From Candidatus Bathyarchaeota archaeon (GTDB lineage Archaea; Thermoproteota; Bathyarchaeia; TCS64), in contig CAVYLP010000006.1 in NCBI GenBank assembly GCA_963769425.1, positions 96,001 through 160,000 of the forward strand: a DNA stretch of 64,000 nucleotides, in the 5' to 3' direction. How positions within the stretch are numbered: position 1 is the stretch's first letter; the number at the start of each line of letters is the position of its first letter. This document shows positions 30,638-40,504 of this stretch, piece after piece. A program made the position numbers and the translations under genes. Below the pieces are notes generated by a model, which did no database searches, was not told the origin of the DNA, and was given only the letters and a program-made list of their open reading frames with translations.

Positions 30638-31912
30638 GTGATGAACCCAAGTAAGCGTCGCCTGATGGCAGGAGTAATTCTGTTACTGATTTTAGGCGGA
30701 GTGGGGATCGTGATCAACTACCTAGCACCAAGCCTCGCCTACGCCGACTCGGATACGAAGGCTGCGAGCATAAACAAGTCAATCGTCGCCGCGAACACGG
30801 ATTTCGCCGTCCACCTTCTGAAGGAACTGCAGAACGAGCAAACGGGTAAAGATATTTTCGTTTCACCTCTTAGTGTCTCGATAGCTCTCTCAATGGCTTA
30901 CAATGGGGCTAACTCGACTACTAAGGAGGCGATGGCGAGCGCCCTCGGCTTCAGTGGTATGAGCGACGACGCCGTCAACGCGGGTTTCAGTGACCTCATA
31001 GGAAGCCTGCTCAGCGTGGATAGGGACGTGAGCCTAAACATAGGCGACTCAGTCTGGATTAGGTCGTCCTTCGCTTCGGCGGTGAATCCGGGATTTACTA
31101 GCGCTCTCTCAGGGTACTACCGGAGCGTCATCTACTCCAAGTCCTTCGATTCGTCCACTGTCGACGAGGTCAACGCCTGGGTTAGCAAGGAGACGAACGG
31201 CAAGATCACTAAGCTCCTCGACAAGATCGACGGCGACAACGTCATGTTCCTCATAAACGCAATCTACTTCAAAGGGGGCTGGGTTAACGAATTCGACGCA
31301 TCCCAAACACGCAAGGCGAACTTCACGACGGCTGACGGGTCCACAGTCAACGTCGACATGATGTCTAGGGGCGGAAGCTACGCCTACTACGGCGACGCCG
31401 AGGTCCAGGTGGCGAGGCTTCCCTATGGCAGGGACAAGATCGCAATGTACATACTATTACCCACGGATGGCAGCAGCCTCGACTCGTTCGTCAGCGGTCT
31501 CACCGGGGAGAAACTGTCATCGTACTTCGACAGGATGAGCAGCACAGAGCTGGATCTCAAAATGCCTAAACTAAAACTCGAATACGGGAAGGTAGACCTC
31601 AAAGATGCTCTGACAAACCTCGGTATGGGCATCGCATTCGACCGTAGCGCCGCGGACTTCAGCAGAATCGCGGATGTTAGCCCCGAGAGACTCTACATCG
31701 CCTTCGTCGACCACAAAGCAGTCATAGAGGTAAACGAGAAGGGAACGGAAGCCGCAGCCGCGACGAACGTGGGAATATCCGTGACCTCCATGCCCATGAG
31801 GACCCCCCTTACAGTGGATAGGCCCTACATGTTCGTAATCAGGGATGACCGGTCAGGATCGATCCTCTTCTCTGGCTTGATCACGGACCCAACCCAGCAG
31901 ACCTCACCATAA
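30638..31912 (+). CDS. Serpin (secreted or membrane-tethered)
   Basis: IFVSPLSV, NAIYFKGGW, hinge EKGTEAAAAT, DRPYMFVIRD..SILFSG; N-terminal hydrophobic helix. Confidence 0.95.
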   Translation: MMNPSKRRLMAGVILLLILGGVGIVINYLAPSLAYADSDTKAASINKSIVAANTDFAVHLLKELQNEQTGKDIFVSPLSVSIALSMAYNGANSTTKEAMASALGFSGMSDDAVNAGFSDLIGSLLSVDRDVSLNIGDSVWIRSSFASAVNPGFTSALSGYYRSVIYSKSFDSSTVDEVNAWVSKETNGKITKLLDKIDGDNVMFLINAIYFKGGWVNEFDASQTRKANFTTADGSTVNVDMMSRGGSYAYYGDAEVQVARLPYGRDKIAMYILLPTDGSSLDSFVSGLTGEKLSSYFDRMSSTELDLKMPKLKLEYGKVDLKDALTNLGMGIAFDRSAADFSRIADVSPERLYIAFVDHKAVIEVNEKGTEAAAATNVGISVTSMPMRTPLTVDRPYMFVIRDDRSGSILFSGLITDPTQQTSP

Positions 31913-31971
31913 ACCAAGATAGCGTCAAAATAATTGTGTGAATAGACGCGATCGGGACACAATCGCCTCAT

Positions 31972-31985
31972 GATAAGGTTTAAAC
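31972..31985 (+). promoter_or_regulatory. BRE/TATA promoter of tRNA-Ala
   Basis: GATAAGG-TTTAAA about 30 bp upstream of the mature tRNA 5' end. Confidence 0.6.
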
Positions 31986-32012
31986 GGGTGGTCCATGTGT
32001 CTTGTGTTGGCT

Positions 32013-32088
32013 GGGCTGGTAGATCAGTCGTATGATCGCCGCCTTGGCATGGCGGAAGTCGGGGGTTCAAATCCCTCCCAGTCCACCA
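32013..32088 (+). tRNA. tRNA-Ala(GGC), CCA encoded
   Basis: Acceptor GGGCTGG/CCAGTCC with G3:U70; anticodon stem CCGCC-TTGGCAT-GGCGG; T-loop TTCAAAT. Confidence 0.95.
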
Positions 32089-32465
32089 ACCTAACTAACC
32101 TAAAATGGGTCGTTTTTGGGGTTATTTTGGGTTTTAAGCTTATTTTAATTCTTCTCCCGAAATGCGCGTGCACTCATTTGGAGCCGGGAGGCTGTCGAAA
32201 GAGAGGCAATCTCTTTGACTATACCATACTTCATAGCAGAGAACGAAGCGCATACGATACTGGATCAATGCGATACCTGGGTATTTTGCACCTTTTCACT
32301 AAATCTGATTAACCTTTAGACTCGTCTAGATTTTTCTAAAAAGCCTTCTCAACAGTTCTGATATTGCAACCATATTTCACAGCCTCGCTTCTGAGACCAT
32401 CAAGCAAATCAGTGTAATGTCGAATAAACGTGAAAAGAACACTGGGCTCATCGCTGTACGTGAGA

Positions 32466-33350
32466 TTATTCATTTGGGCCGAGCAGTTGTCTGTCCTCAG
32501 TTTTTCGCGATAACCGCGCCGGACCAAAGAATACTACAAGTGATATTGCCAAAATCCCGTGCAGAGCAGTAATAAAACACATCTTCACCCACCAAGTGAA
32601 TTCAAAATTATCAAAGTGAAAAATCGTCCCAAATAACGCTGTATTAAGCACGACGTGGTAAAGATAACAAACGAATACACTTCCTCGAGTATTATTAAAT
32701 AACCACGTCATTACGATTGAAATAAATATCACATTGAGTGAAAATACGAGAAAGACCAGGGGGTCTAAAGGCACAGGAAAGTTAGCGCCGGGGATTAGAC
32801 TTATTGGCAGATGCCAGGTTGCCCAAATCACCCCGATGATCAAACTAGCGGTTAAGGCGCTTCTTGATTTCATCAGCCTTGGAAGTGCATACCCGCGCCA
32901 CCCTGTTTCTTCAGCTAATGGACCACCAATGAACGCGGCTTGAAGAAACGCTGGAAATACCATGATCCACGCACTCCAATTGACCTCAGGACTGGCTCCA
33001 AATATGGAGACATATAGTTGAGTGGCGACAAAGTCAATCACGATTTGACTGACAAAAATGGCGAGGTACCACTTAGCGCCAACTCGCCATAGTTTCCACC
33101 CAGAAAAGAGCTTCTTTATTCCGCTGCGGCCCTCCTCAAGACCCGTGAGAATAAGTGCCGCGAAGGTTGGGCCAAAGAAGCCCAGGAATGCGAGGAGAAT
33201 GAGCGGAACGGGTGTGCTAGTGAATGATACTTGAAATGGGCTGAGGTAGTAGTATATTACTAAGGGAGTCCATATTCCCCAAGTTATAATGAATGTTAGT
33301 AAGAAGAATGACAGTAAGGGTTGTTTTGTTAGAATATTTGATTTAGACAC
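32466..33350 (-). CDS. CPBP/CAAX (Abi) intramembrane metalloprotease
   Basis: EETGWRG, WATWHLP, YHVVLN motifs; probable GTG start at 33350. Confidence 0.9.
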   Translation of the reverse strand: MSKSNILTKQPLLSFFLLTFIITWGIWTPLVIYYYLSPFQVSFTSTPVPLILLAFLGFFGPTFAALILTGLEEGRSGIKKLFSGWKLWRVGAKWYLAIFVSQIVIDFVATQLYVSIFGASPEVNWSAWIMVFPAFLQAAFIGGPLAEETGWRGYALPRLMKSRSALTASLIIGVIWATWHLPISLIPGANFPVPLDPLVFLVFSLNVIFISIVMTWLFNNTRGSVFVCYLYHVVLNTALFGTIFHFDNFEFTWWVKMCFITALHGILAISLVVFFGPARLSRKTEDRQLLGPNE

Positions 33351-33515
33351 CGTTGTTTCCTTACAAGCTAGCCTACATGTATTATTAAGAGCATCTAACA
33401 CTGGATCAATGCAATAATTGAGTAATTTCGTTCCTTTTACTTCATGTACGCACAATAAAAAAAGGGTAACGATCTCGCACCCAATGCTCCGTCTGACTAA
33501 TCTACGTTGATCAGC

Positions 33516-33818
33516 TTAAGTCGTTAACTCAGCGGCATCAGCGATTACTCGTGTCCTCTTCCGGACCCTTCTAACGGGAGCGGCCTTCACCACCGTAGGA
33601 GCCGCGACGTGGGGAGGAACCTCCGTGAGCCTCTCCGAGGTAAGGATCAGCTCGTAGCTCTCCACATAGTGTTCGAAGATGTTAGCTAAGCTGTTGTAGA
33701 TGCTCCCGAAGGAGTCATCACGACTAAACCTCATGGAGCAATCCCTTATTTCCCTAGACGCTTGTCGGGAATAGTCAATGTATCTCCGGATAACTTCGAG
33801 AGTGAATTCGTTCAACAC
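33516..33818 (-). CDS. Hypothetical protein
   Basis: 100-aa ORF with GGTGA SD-like sequence upstream; no recognisable motif. Confidence 0.55.
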   Translation of the reverse strand: MLNEFTLEVIRRYIDYSRQASREIRDCSMRFSRDDSFGSIYNSLANIFEHYVESYELILTSERLTEVPPHVAAPTVVKAAPVRRVRKRTRVIADAAELTT

Positions 33819-34065
33819 AAGTCACCCAAACTGACGAGAATCAACCAAATACAAAGAAGTACGTGTGGCAACTGAATGGAACGATGGGCACTCTCAAGAC
33901 GCCATTACCTTATTTCCTAGTAAGAATAAACTACAGACTCGAGAGCATAAATCTGACAAATTCATTCCGTTTTACTTCACCGAATTGTCAATAATCCGTA
34001 AATGTGAACCGTATATGACTTCTATCCCAGTCCACCAAATTTTTTACTCCATAGAATTCGGCAAT

Positions 34066-35318
34066 TTAGGGCTTTTTTGACCGCGTACGCATAGGCACTT
34101 CCTCAAGCGCATCAACAAGCAAGGGAAGAAAAGCTCCCACGTCAGAGACTATCCCAACAGCCTGACTAGTACCCCTATCGCTGAGCTTAGTGACGACAGC
34201 CGGGTTGATGTCTAAGCAGACAACCTTCACACTCGACCTCAGCATATTCCCCACGGCTATGGAGTGAAGTGTGGACGCAAGCATGAGAACGAAGTCGACG
34301 TCCCTGACCAACTCCTTGTACCTCCTCTGAGCCTCAACAGAGTCCTTAATGACCTCGGGAATAGGCCCATCGTCTCTGATGGAGCTAGCTAGGACAAAGG
34401 GAATATCCTTCTTTACAAGCTGATAGAAAATACCGCTCCTGAGCCTACCCTCATCAATTAGGGCCCTAATTGATCCAGCCCTATTCACCTCGTTTATAGC
34501 CGCGATGTGGTTACGCGGCTCCCTCCTCCTCATACCATTATCAAGCTCCACGCCGAGGCTGGTACCGTAGAGCGCATACTCAATATCGTGAACAGCTAAT
34601 GCATTCCCAGCGAGGAGAGCGTCGACATAGCCAAGCTCGATCAGTTTAGCCAAGCTAGGAGCCGCGCCGGTGTGGATCACCGCGGGTCCAGCTACAACTG
34701 CTATCTTACCCCCATTCTCAGCCGTCTCGCGGAGCTCCTTAGCTATCTTCCTAATGAGGGAGATTGAGGGCTTTTCGGAGGAGACGTCGCTGTTCATGAA
34801 CTCGAAGACGCCCACTCCCTCCCGAGGACGTTCAGGGGGCTTTATCCTGATCCCTCTCTCACCCGTTACAACGAGGTCTCCTCTCCTAACTTGACCAATT
34901 GGCTTACAGTAAGCGGAACGCCTCTCCGGGTCGACGACGATCTGCTTGTCCATCATCAAATCCTCAACCTCAACCCATCCACTGCCTAAGTAGATGGAAG
35001 TTGGATGATTCGATGTGGAGTAGAAGTCAACTGGGAGAGTCATGTCCTGGGTGGCGGGCTTGTATTCGACCTCTGGGGTCTCTGGTGTCTTCGCCCCCAG
35101 GCGGAAGACCTCTTTGAGGATGTAGTCCAGGTGCTCCTGGTTCTTCCCTATGATCTGGATTCTGGTGGAGCTGTAGTCGTTTTTATGTTTCCCGATCTTG
35201 AAGTCGATGAACTCGAACTCTCCTCTCTGATCCATTATCTCGTCAAGAATCTTCGTCAGTATCATGGAGTCGATGAGATGACCTTCGACTTCTATAATCT
35301 GGGAAAAACTTGCCTCAT
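34066..35318 (-). CDS. TIGR00300/LOR-SDH family protein (archaeal-type ornithine cyclodeaminase-like); homopolymer indel near start
   Basis: EVEGHLIDS, FYSTSNHPT, FEFMNSDVSSEK, GPAVIHTG, GNALAVHDIE, SIRDDGP, KLSDRGT. Confidence 0.88.
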
Positions 35319-36044
35319 TCCCTGAGGCTAATGGGAAAACTATCCCTCATCTGATTCACCGAGAGGTTAACCACCCAACTCATATATTAAAAGTTACTGA
35401 AATGTTAATCGAGAGTAGGATCCCCTACAGTGTGGGCTTCCTTGATTTCGCATTTTTATTGATTTTCCTCCTCTCTATCGTGCGGGGTGTCACTGAGTTA
35501 TAGGTAACACATTCACCCACGCAACACTCTTTCAGCAAAGAGTTTGACTGTTAACTCACCGTCTTTCGAAAACTGATTCACCGTCATGCTGGTTTTACCA
35601 AGCACTCCAGCCGACACGCGAGGGTGATTGAGAAACCAAGTATTGCCCCAAGGGTTGCATTAAAAACCCATTACGTTCAGGAGGATTTTTTTTAAATATT
35701 ATAAAATTAACCTAACCGATACTAGCTAGGAAACATCTCTATTGCAGAGATAAAGATTATTGAGAATAAATAGACAGAAACTAAAAAAGGAATAAGAAGA
35801 TAGCACCGAAAAATCATCCAATTTCAACTAAAAGAAACATAAGAATTTAACACAAGGACTGAATGAGAGAGAAATTGAAGGAGCTAGGAAGAGAAAGAAG
35901 CTAAAAACCCGTACTTAAGGCCCGCATATAAATATAATGAATAATTTCTTAGAAATGTGTGCTCGGTCTGATGAGACCCAAGATAATCTATTATGAGTCT
36001 GATTTACTTTAAATAATATTTAGTGACATATGACATAGTCAGAA

Positions 36045-37388
36045 ATGGGGGTTATCACGAGTCACATGTCGCTTACTTCTGAGATGAGTCGAAAGGTGGA
36101 TGCCCTTCATAAACTCGTCACTAAGATGGCCAGAATGAACACCCTAAACGAGGTCTATACGTCCAGCTTCGACTTGCTCGGTAACCTCGATTTCTCTGTT
36201 AGCATCTGCATAGGTGTGGTGGAAGGGGATCTTCTCAGATTAACCTGCGCCAAGAATGTTCTTGATGCAGTTGCCGATCTTCCCCGAGGTGGCAAGGGGA
36301 TCATGGTTCGAGCGTGGCAGACAGGGGCCACGCAGGTCGTTAATGACACTCGGTTAGACCCTGACTTTGTTACTTCTAGACAGATTAACTACCTATCAGA
36401 GATGGCTGTTCCGGTGTGGTTCGATGGAAACGTCGTCGCGGTGATTAACATCAAGGACCAGAGAGCCGACGCTTTCACGGAGAGCGATCGGCAGATCGTC
36501 GAGATCCTGTCCGAGCATATGTCATCAACCATGTACAGGATCCGGCAGTCCTTGGAGCTGAGCGAGTCAGAGTCTAGATATCGTACATTGGTCGAGAACT
36601 CTAATGACGCTATACTCGTCGTGTCCTCTTCAACAATCGTCTACGTGAACACCGTCACAGCGAAGCTCTGTGGTTATGATAAGCCTGAGGAGATTATCGG
36701 TAAAGATGCTTTGGGATTCATCTCGCAGCGGTACCGCGAACAATTTAGAGAGCGGATTAAGAGCAGGCTCGAGGGTGAGCCGCAGCCAAGGAGATTTGAC
36801 CATGAGATAGTGAGGAAGGATGGCTCTATCATTCAGGTCGAAACCACCGCTTCGCTGATTAATTACGGTGGTAATCCAGCGGTTCTGTTCGTGGGACGAG
36901 ACTTGACGGAGAGGAAAAGGTTCGAGTCGAAGCTTTTCGCCCTCCATAAGCATGCGGCTCAGCTTGGTGCAGCGGAGACCATGGTCGAAGTCTCCGAAAC
37001 CACGCTTAGCGCTATCACCTCCGTAATGGGTTTCAAGCTGGCCAACTTCTTGGTGAAAGAGAGTGACAGCTTAGGTTGTATCGACGACGTTGGGTTTGGA
37101 TCGACCTATTGGAGTGTGCCAATAGAAGGGGAAGGAAATATTCCTCGGGCAGCTCGTGAGAAAAAAACGGTGCTTGACAATGATCTGAGTGGAGACTCTG
37201 ATCCCTATAAGAGCCAGCATGGTATCCGGTCACAGCTCGCTACGCCCGTGGTCATACAGGGAGAGGTGGAGGCGGTCATCAGTGTCGAGAGCACGAAAAA
37301 AGGGGCCTTCATAGATTCCGACGTGCAGATCCTTGAGATAATCGCGCAGCACGTCGCATCCGCCTTGGAAAGGATAGGGCACAGCTGA
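36045..37388 (+). CDS. GAF-PAS-GAF sensory protein with no output domain
   Basis: GAF (SEMAVPV..AFTESDRQIV), PAS (YRTLVENSNDAI..RKDGS..RDLTERK), GAF (SQLATPV..AFIDSD), then stop. Confidence 0.85.
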   Translation: MGVITSHMSLTSEMSRKVDALHKLVTKMARMNTLNEVYTSSFDLLGNLDFSVSICIGVVEGDLLRLTCAKNVLDAVADLPRGGKGIMVRAWQTGATQVVNDTRLDPDFVTSRQINYLSEMAVPVWFDGNVVAVINIKDQRADAFTESDRQIVEILSEHMSSTMYRIRQSLELSESESRYRTLVENSNDAILVVSSSTIVYVNTVTAKLCGYDKPEEIIGKDALGFISQRYREQFRERIKSRLEGEPQPRRFDHEIVRKDGSIIQVETTASLINYGGNPAVLFVGRDLTERKRFESKLFALHKHAAQLGAAETMVEVSETTLSAITSVMGFKLANFLVKESDSLGCIDDVGFGSTYWSVPIEGEGNIPRAAREKKTVLDNDLSGDSDPYKSQHGIRSQLATPVVIQGEVEAVISVESTKKGAFIDSDVQILEIIAQHVASALERIGHS

Positions 37389-37884
37389 TCACGGCGTATT
37401 CAATACACTGCGTGCGACTCTAATTCTAGGAAACGATGATAACCAGAGGAGAGATGTGCCAGGGGATAAAACTACAGAAGGCGGAATATTATCGTGATAG
37501 TTCACGAGCGTGCTATATCGTCATCGATTGACAAGTCTTCGAAAGATGATCCGATCTTGAGTACAGAATAAGGAATCGCTGATCGTCACTCACTGCTGAC
37601 CAGAAAGCGCTTGTCTAGTTATTCTGCAGCGACGACCTGAAAATCTCCATCCCAGGCCCAACCAATAGGGCACCTGCCCAGAATAACACGGACACCTTGG
37701 GCCGAGTTATGAAAAAAGAAAGTTCAGGGAGTTAAACGAAGCCTGAGCCTCAGAACCGATGAAAGAAAATGCTGCGAATTGAAACGATTTAGAGGATAAA
37801 TGGAACCCACGGTAGGAGCTGCTGAATCATCCTTGGATGAACTCATATCTAAGTAGTGGTGATAGTTCCATACTGTGAGTCAAC

Positions 37885-39063
37885 TTGGTGTATGACTTCG
37901 ACACAATAATCGACAGACTCTCGACGAGCTCCTCGAAGTGGAGCTATAGGAAGAAGATGACCGGATACGAGGACATTCTCCCCATGTGGGTCGCCGACAT
38001 GGACTTCGCCTCCGCACCAGAAATAGTAGCCGCAATCAAGGAACGAGCCGCCCATCCAATCTACGGCTACACCTCTAAGACCGACGGCTACTTCAACGGC
38101 ATGATCAACTGGATGGCGAAGCGCAACGGGTGGAAGGGCATCCAGCGTGACTGGATCCTCTCGAGCCCCGGCGTCGTCCCCGGCTTCAACTACTGCGTAC
38201 AGGCCTACAGCCAACCCGGGGACAAGGTCTTAATCCAGCCCCCAGTCTACTACCCTTTCAAGAACGCCATACTTAACAACGGCCGCCAAGTCGTCGACAA
38301 CCCACTGAAGATCGTCGACGGCTACTACGTGATGGATTATGAGGACCTCGAGAAGAAGATCGACGGCAGGACGAAGATGCTCATTTTCTGCAGTCCGCAC
38401 AACCCGGTCGGCCGCGTCTGGAAGAAGGACGAGCTAAAGCACATGGCCGAGATCTGCGAGAAGAAGGACATCGTTATCGTCAGTGACGAGATCCACAGCG
38501 ACCTCATCCTGGGGAAGATCAAGCACACCTGCACCGCTACACTCAGCGACGACGCCCTAATGCGAACGGTGACCCTCACGGCCCCTAACAAGACATTCAA
38601 CATCGCCGGCCTGCAGAACGCCGACGCCATAATCCCCAACAAGAAGCTCAGGGACGCCTTCTTCAACGTCACGCAGAACAACAGCGTCAGCAATCCCAAT
38701 ATCTTCGGCATAGTGGCTCAGGAGGCCGCGTACGCGAAGGGTGAGCCGTGGCTCGAGGAGCTGCTCAAGTACCTGAAGGCAAACCTCGCATACTTCGAAG
38801 AATACTTCAAGAAGAACATGCCAATGCTCAAGGTCTACCCGCTCGAGGGCACGTACCTCGCCTGGGTCGACTTCACGGCCCTAGGCATGGGCGACAAGGA
38901 GCTACACACGTGGATGCTCGAGAAGGCGAGGCTCTGGCTCGACGACGGCGTAATGTTCGGCGCCGAGGGCAGCATGTACATGCGCTTCAATATCGCGTGC
39001 CCACGCGCCATGCTCAAGGACGGCCTCGACAGACTCGCGAAGGCGGTCAAGGCACACAAGTAG
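37885..39063 (+). CDS. MalY/PatB family PLP enzyme (cystathionine beta-lyase-like)
   Basis: PMWVADMDF, CSPHNPVGR, SDEIHSD, APNKTFNIAG, GTYLAW. Confidence 0.92.
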   Translation: MVYDFDTIIDRLSTSSSKWSYRKKMTGYEDILPMWVADMDFASAPEIVAAIKERAAHPIYGYTSKTDGYFNGMINWMAKRNGWKGIQRDWILSSPGVVPGFNYCVQAYSQPGDKVLIQPPVYYPFKNAILNNGRQVVDNPLKIVDGYYVMDYEDLEKKIDGRTKMLIFCSPHNPVGRVWKKDELKHMAEICEKKDIVIVSDEIHSDLILGKIKHTCTATLSDDALMRTVTLTAPNKTFNIAGLQNADAIIPNKKLRDAFFNVTQNNSVSNPNIFGIVAQEAAYAKGEPWLEELLKYLKANLAYFEEYFKKNMPMLKVYPLEGTYLAWVDFTALGMGDKELHTWMLEKARLWLDDGVMFGAEGSMYMRFNIACPRAMLKDGLDRLAKAVKAHK

Positions 39064-39174
39064 CCGTATTTACGAATCTGGTTACGCGGTTTTTTTATCG
39101 TTTTATTCCATCACCCGAGTTACAAGGCCGGCATAATTTGTTATATCCTGCTTGTCCACTGATATTCGGCCGTA

Positions 39175-40059
39175 ATGACAGACCCTGTTATAATCATACA
39201 TGGTGGGGCTTGGGCGATACCCGATAGGCTCGTGGAGGTCAACATCAAAGGCGTCGAGGAAGCCGCCGAGAGGGGCTGGGCCGCCCTCGGGAGAAGCGGT
39301 TCAGCGCTCGACGCCGTCGTCGCCGCCGTCAACGCCCTCGAGGACAACCCCGTCTTCGACGCGGGCATCGGCTCGGTGCTCACGGAAGACGGCACCGTCG
39401 AGATGGACGCCATGATAATGGACGGTTCCACCCTCGGCGCTGGGGCCGTCGCTGGGCTCCACGACATCAGGCACCCCGTCGACCTGGCCCGAATCGTAAT
39501 GGAGAGGACGCCTCACGTCCTCATGATAGGGGAGGGTGCCCGGAGGCTCGCGGAGAAGTACAAGGTCGAGAAGCTCACCCAGAAACAACTCGTGACCGAG
39601 GAGGCGCGGAGGGAGCTTGCGGAGTGGCTGGAGAAGAGGAGGGCTGGGGCAGCCTTCGGCCACGAGACCGTTGGCGCCGTCGCCCTCGACGCAAAGGGTA
39701 ACGTGGCGGCAGCGACCTCAACCGGCGGGATGACGGGCAAACTCGTCGGCAGGGTAGGCGACGTACCGATCGTGGGCAGCGGCGGCTACGCCGACAACAA
39801 GATAGGTGGAGCCTCCTCCACCGGCCACGGCGAGGCCATCATGAAGGTCAACCTCGCCAGACTCGTCCTCACCCACGTGGAGGCGGGTACCCCTGTACAG
39901 GAGGCGACGGATAAGGCGCTAGTCTACATGAAGGAACGTGTCGCTGGGACGGGCGGCGTCATAGCCCTAGACTCTAAGGGTAACGTGGGGCATAGCTACA
40001 CGACGCCGCACATGGTCTGGGCCACCGCTAGGAATGGCAGGATAGAGTCGGGCATATAA
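39175..40059 (+). CDS. Isoaspartyl peptidase / L-asparaginase (Ntn hydrolase)
   Basis: IIHGGAW, ETVGAVALD, ATSTGG, GRVGD, STGHGE. Confidence 0.93.
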   Translation: MTDPVIIIHGGAWAIPDRLVEVNIKGVEEAAERGWAALGRSGSALDAVVAAVNALEDNPVFDAGIGSVLTEDGTVEMDAMIMDGSTLGAGAVAGLHDIRHPVDLARIVMERTPHVLMIGEGARRLAEKYKVEKLTQKQLVTEEARRELAEWLEKRRAGAAFGHETVGAVALDAKGNVAAATSTGGMTGKLVGRVGDVPIVGSGGYADNKIGGASSTGHGEAIMKVNLARLVLTHVEAGTPVQEATDKALVYMKERVAGTGGVIALDSKGNVGHSYTTPHMVWATARNGRIESGI

Positions 40060-40068
40060 CCCCGAAGA

Positions 40069-40410
40069 CTAAACCGCTCTCTTCTTGTACTCCTCGAGAT
40101 AATCCCGGGCGAACTCGTTCGCGTATCGCTCGGTCCCCTTGTGGCGGCCACTCACCGACCTGAGGTGGTGGTAGAACTCGTGGAGGATCAGGAACGGGTT
40201 TGAGAGCCCCTCGCCGCTCGCAACGTAGATGGTCACCTTGTCGAGCACGTAGCAGCCCGCGACGTTGGCGTGGCCCCTCGGGAGGCCGACCTGGAGGCTC
40301 GGGACATCAACGTCATAACGGTCCGCAAGCTCCTTTAGCGCCCCCTCGGCGTCGTGGGAAAGGATCATCTGGACCATCCTCGCCTTGAAACTCCCGTCGA
40401 CGCCCGACAC
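40069..40410 (-). CDS. Small HExxH zincin-like hypothetical protein
   Basis: ILHEFYHH...ERYANEFA. Confidence 0.7.
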   Translation of the reverse strand: MSGVDGSFKARMVQMILSHDAEGALKELADRYDVDVPSLQVGLPRGHANVAGCYVLDKVTIYVASGEGLSNPFLILHEFYHHLRSVSGRHKGTERYANEFARDYLEEYKKRAV

Positions 40411-40504
40411 CTGTGAGCCCCCTCAATACCCGTCAATGCCCGGTATTAAGGGATGAAGTGACAGATTCACGCTTTTAAACTCCTGAGCCCCCCTTCTCCA
40501 CGGA

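Larger units (their letters stand above)
32076..34038. mobile_element. tRNA-Ala-anchored mini-island remnant bounded by a 14-bp direct repeat
   Basis: TCCCAGTCCACCAA at 32076-32089 (tRNA 3' end) and 34025-34038; AT-richer interior; no integrase. Confidence 0.7.

Noticed and set aside
32020-32037. tRNA-Ala D-loop lacking the GG dinucleotide as a novel tRNA feature
   Set aside because: A single missing G is indistinguishable from the homopolymer errors seen elsewhere in this sequence.
33393-33512. Integron attC site between the two islet genes
   Set aside because: A GTTAGAT R'-like box exists, but the R'' box is imperfect, the interior is not palindromic, and the second repeat copy lacks GTT.
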